Assembly: GCF_009914755.1 (NCBI RefSeq)
Contig: NC_060935.1
Length of the DNA stretch: 64,000 nt
Strand: one strand, 5' to 3'
From: the human T2T-CHM13v2.0 reference genome, Homo sapiens
The notes beneath the pieces are model-generated. The model was not told the origin of the DNA, did not search any database, and saw only the letters and a program-made list of their open reading frames with translations. The position numbers were made by a program, and so were the translations under genes. Positions within the stretch are counted from its first letter, which is position 1, and the number at the start of each line of letters is the position of its first letter. Below are positions 54,054-64,000 of this stretch, piece after piece.

Positions 54054-55106
54054 TAGTAGAGACAGGGTTTCACCGTATTAGCCAGCATGGTCTCCATCTC
54101 CTGACCTTGTGATCCGCTCGCCTCGGCCTCCCAAAGTGCTGGGATTACAGGCGTGAGCCACCATGCCTGGCCTATTCCAGCACTTTTGGAGGCTGAGGCG
54201 AGAGAATCACCTGAACCCAGGAGTTCAAGACCAGCCTGGGCAACATGATGAAACCCCATCTCTACAAAACATACAAAAATAAGCTGAGTGTGGTGTCGTA
54301 AGCCTGTGGTCCCAGCTACTCACAGCTACTCAGGAGGCTGAAGTAGAAGGATTTATTGAGCCAGGAAGGTCGAGGCTATAGTGAGCTGTGATTATGCCAC
54401 TGCACTCCAGCCTGGGTGACAGAACGAATCTCTGTCCCAAAAATAAATAAATGAGTAAATAAGAAAAGTTTAAAATAAGAATAGGCTGGGTGGCTCACGC
54501 CCGTAATCCCAGCACTTTAGGAGGCTAAGGAGGGCGGATGACTGAGGTCAGGAGTTCGAGACCACTTTGGGCAACATGGTGAAACCCCGTCTCTAGTAAA
54601 ACTACAAAATTTAACTAGGTGTGGTGGCACATGCCTGTAATCCCACCTACTCAGGAAGCTGAGGCAGGAGAGTCACTTGAACCCGGGAGGCGGAGGGTGC
54701 AGTGAGCCGAGATCGTGCACTCCAGCCTGGGTGACAGAGCGAGACTTTGTCTCAAAAAAATAAATAAATAAAAATAAAAATAATTTAAATGTCTATCAAT
54801 AGATAAATAAATTATGGTAATCCATACCACAGAATAATTTATTGTAGTTACAAATGAATCTATAAGATTTCTATGTATTAACCTGCAGAGAATCTTTAAG
54901 GCACAGTAAGGGAAAGACATTTATTACAAGAGAAAAAATTTTGGATATATATATGCCGATATATACATATATGTAGAATTCACACCAAACCTTTGAGAAA
55001 GGTTATTCTCTGGAACGGAAAGAGGGATTTGAAGGTAGATGAAGAGGAATTTTTATATTTTGCTATATATTTTTTTCTGTTGTTTGCATTTGCATTTTTA
55101 CAATAA

Positions 55107-55328
<222 letters not shown>

Positions 55329-56189
55329 TGAGGTCTCACCATGTTGCCCAGGCTGGTCTTGAACTAGGCTCAAGCGATCCACCCACCCCGGCCACTCAAA
55401 AGTTTTGGGATTACAGGTGTGAGCCGCTGCTCCCAACAAAATATATTTTTATAAATAAATCAAGATGAAAACATTTTAGACAATAAAGATGATTTTTTTT
55501 AAACTGAAGAAATCAATTGAATGGCTTTAGGAAAGGAGATTAGATTTTTGTTTAAGCAATAACTTTTCTTTTCTTTCCTTTTCTTTTCTTCTTCTTTTTT
55601 TTTTTTTTTTTTTTTTGAGACAGAGTCTCGCTTTGTTGCCCAGGCTGGAGTGCAATGGTGCAATCTCAGCTCACTGCAGCCTTCACCTCACCCACCTCCT
55701 AACACTGTCACTTTGGGAATCACATTTATACAAGAGTTTTGGTGAGGACAAATTATATTGAAATCATGGAATTAGTCATAATGAATTGCTGTTGGTATTC
55801 CAATGTCTTCAGACCTCCTGACTGAAGAGGAAGACAGAACTGTAGTCCCAGTCAAGAAAGTCTGTGGTCTGGAAACAACCAAAGTTCCAGTGACTTACTG
55901 TTTCATGTTCTCTTACTTCATCATATCCTGTTTCCATTTTTTAAGATCAACTGGGTTTGGACTTCTGAAGAACACAGCATGGAGGGTAAATGACTGGGGC
56001 TCCAGGAGGCCACATTCTGGGCAGGGAGGATTAATGTCTATAGTTCATGCTTATTGTATCTGCCCTAGCTTTACTCTTCCTCCCAGTGGCCTGGGCTGGA
56101 GTAGTTATAGTAGTATAGCATAATGGCTCTGCAATATGCCTTCTGGAACTGTCCTACCTTTGCCAAATGGTAACGATGTAGTTAAGTTT

Positions 56190-60020
<3,831 letters not shown>

Positions 60021-60025
60021 TTTCA

Positions 60026-60307
<282 letters not shown>

Positions 60308-60713
60308 TCATCTCAAAAAATAAATAAATACATAAAATAAATTTCATGAAAAAGCACTTCGGCCGGGCGCGGTGGCTCAAGCCTGTAATCCCAGCACTTT
60401 GGGAGGCCGAGGTGGGCGGATCACAAGGTCAGGAGATCGAGACCATCCTGGCTAACACGGTGAAACCCTGTCTCTACTAAAAATACAAAAAATTAGCCGG
60501 GCCTGGTGGCGGGCACCTGTAGTCCCAGCTACTCGGGAGGCCGAGGCAGGAGAATGGCATTAACCCGGGAGGCGGAGCTTGCAGTGAGCCGAGACTGCGC
60601 CACTGCACCGTAGCCTGGGCGACAGTGCAAGACTCTGTCTCAAAAAAAAAAAAAAAAAAAAAAAAAAAAGAAAAAAAGAAAAAGCACTTCATTCAATACA
60701 TGGAAAATGGTAA

Positions 60714-61097
<384 letters not shown>

Positions 61098-62890
61098 TGA
61101 TGATGATTTATATAACACACCTCTAAAGGCACTCTGACTCACAATTTAACCTGTTCTAGAAATGAATAAATCTTCCCATCCATTTAACTCAGCTGAAACA
61201 AAGTTGGATTTTCCACTACTCTACCTACATTTTTACTTACAGCAAAAACCGTTATACTAGAACATTAAAGTGAATTTTAGAAATAAATAAAAGCCTCGTA
61301 AGCGTACCACTTAACCATATTCTTTATTTTTCCATATATTCCCCTTTCGTCTCCTCATTTTGAAAACACAATTTAAAATAGTTGAATCATGAAGTATATA
61401 TACATGTGTGTCCCGGTTACTTCAAGTGACATTATCCCGTAAGCTATTTTCCAAGTTACTACATAGTTTCCATAATTTTAATTTTTACTAATTGCAAAAT
61501 AATCTGTATTTACTTGTCCCTTTTGCTATTGTTGCTCATTTAGACTGTTTTGTAACCTATCACTGTTACAGCTAAGGCTGCAATCTCATGCATTTAACAA
61601 GTTTTTTCCTCCAAAGATATACTGCCAAGAGCAGGATTACTGGGTCAAAGGGCATAAATATTTTTGTAATTCTCAATACATAATGCCAACTTGTGGAAAA
61701 GTTTGCACCAATTTACAATGCCAAGGGTTGGATCTTTTCATAAGAAAAAAGAAAATAATGAGTAAAATCAAATACATCAAACTGGAGTCACTGACAAAAT
61801 AGATTTCCTAAGTCTGTTTTAATGAAACTGTACCCATAGATGTTCTTAGCTAGGCTACACAGCCTCAGCTCATTTTCATAGCCTACTTAGTCCTTAAGTT
61901 TCTTTTTTTTTGACACAGTCTCGCTCTGTCACCCAGGCTGGAGTGCAGTGGCACCATCTAGACTCACTGCAACTTCCGCCTCCGGGTTCAAGCAATTCTT
62001 CTGCCTCAGCCTCCTGAGTAGCTGGGACTACAGGCAAGCACCACCACACCCGGCTAATTTTTGTATTTTTAGTAGAGACAGAGTTTCACCATATTGGCCA
62101 GGACGGTCTCAAACTCCTGACCTCGTGATCCACCCGCCTCAGCCTCCCAAAGTGCTGGGATTACAGGCGTGAGCCACCGCGTCCAGCCGTGGTCCTTAAG
62201 TTTCACTTAAGTTTTAGCTTCAGTTCAGACTTGCTTGCTGCTAGGTATGGTGAATGCTCTTAAACAATTTTTTTGTTACTTGTACTGAAAATTGATTTGA
62301 AAAACCATTTTTTAAAAACCCATGTTTTCCTTTTTACATCATTACTCTCTGACTCAAATGTTTTAGTTTTATGTCTGATTTCAGCCCTTTTATTGCACCA
62401 CGGGGTAATCAATGAGGGGTAATCAATAATTTAATCTGACCCTGCCTCCACTGCCCTGGCCTAGGTTAGCTATTCAAAGATATTTAAGAAGGCTGGCTGA
62501 GGTGGCTCATGGCTATAATCCCAGCAATTTAGGAGGCTGAGGTGGGAGGATCATTTGAGCCCAGGAATTAAAGACCAGTCTGGGCAACATAGTGAGACTC
62601 TCTGTCTCTACAAAAATAGAAAAATTAGCTAGGTGTGGTGGCATGCACCTGTAGTCCCAGCTACTTTAGATGCTGAAGCAGGAGGAGTTTGAGGCTACAG
62701 TAAACCATGATCACACCACTGCACTCCAGCCTGGGCAACAGAGTGAGACCCTGTCTCTAAAACAAACATAAGGAAAGAAAATAAATAAAGGAGAGGAAAA
62801 ATATAGGAAGAAGAAAACTAGAATAAATCTTGTGGGTAATTTTGAGGAGGAGGGAATTAGGAGCTGGAGTAGGAGTTAGGAGTAACCTTA

Positions 62891-63085
<195 letters not shown>

Positions 63086-64000
63086 TCAGGAGGCTGAGGC
63101 AGGAGAATCACTTGAACCCAGGAGGCGGAGGTTACAGTGAGTTGAAATCATGCCATTGTACTCTAGCCTGGGTGACAAGAGTAAAACTCCATCTTAAAAA
63201 GAAAAACAAAAAACTTTTATACCGTTTGAAACTTTTGGGGAAAAATAAAGTCAAACTGTATCTCTAAAAAGAAAGGACCTAACTTGAAATAACTAAACTT
63301 TAAAGAGCTGCTAATCATAAACAATACTTATGACACCCTGAGACAACCAGATTCTTGGTTTTAAAAGAAAAAAAAATTAGAGATGGGGGTCTCGCTATGT
63401 TGCCTAAGCTGGTCTCGAATTCCTGTGCTCAAGTGATCCTCCCGCCTCGGCCTCTCAAACTGCTGGAATCACAGGCATGAGCCACTGTGCGTGGCCTTAA
63501 AAGACTTTAAAGGGTCATCTTATATATTAACTCCTAATGTACACCTATCTATTGCAATATTACTTCTGTCATTTAAAAGAGTCAACCTGCCATTTTACAG
63601 CTAAGCTTAGCTACCAATTTGTTTTTTCTTTTATTTGTTTACTTTCTGTAATCTTTCCTTCACAGGTGTTTGGAATTTTAAGGTCATGATTCAATAGAAC
63701 TGACTTTTTTGTATTGTGTTCATATAATCAGAGGCATAAAGCAATGGGTAAATATTTAACAAAGAAACAGAAATGCATAAGTATGGTACAGGGAAGGGTT
63801 TCTATTACAAATACTAAGATTAAATAAAAGCCTGAACTTTTCTCATTATTCTTGATGAGTCTGCAAGAGTTTAATAATTGTTTGGGAGAAAAGTCCCATG
63901 CTGAACTTTGCATTAATGTCACACTAGAATTTAAGTCGCCTTCGATTTACTGACTAGACATTATAAATGTAAAGAAAGGGGAAAAGGAAGAAAAGAGGAA

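Overview
Human-like (primate) genomic DNA, very repeat-rich: about 75 Alu/FLAM copies plus L1, L2, MIR, solo LTRs and DNA transposons. The only protein-coding sequence I can support is the 27-nt first coding exon of CSTF3 (CstF-77; MSGDGATEQ followed by a GT donor) on the minus strand at 2834-2860. Its CpG-rich bidirectional promoter is at about 2.7-3.3 kb, and bases 1-2833 are CSTF3 intron 1. From memory, not a lookup, this is 11p13, where a divergent lncRNA (CSTF3-DT/AS1) runs about 30 kb on the + strand; splice and polyA signals at 29.5-33.1 kb fit that. Other recognisable items are a disabled RPL29 processed pseudogene, Y1 and Y3 RNA retrocopies, a young 5'-truncated L1PA with a frameshifted ORF2, and ERVL pol fragments. 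Nearly all other ORFs in the track are Alu or L1 translation noise. I found no convincing new multi-gene system. The best leads are a ~96-nt pre-miRNA-like fold-back inside an L2, probable antisense exonisation of the RPL29 pseudogene, a 3' splice site inside the CSTF3 5'UTR, and several unusual retrotransposition or repair scars (poly(A)-only insertion, 34-bp TSD, reused target sites, an unidentified 30-bp insert, a 150-bp local templated copy). Repeat subfamily calls and boundaries are by eye and approximate.
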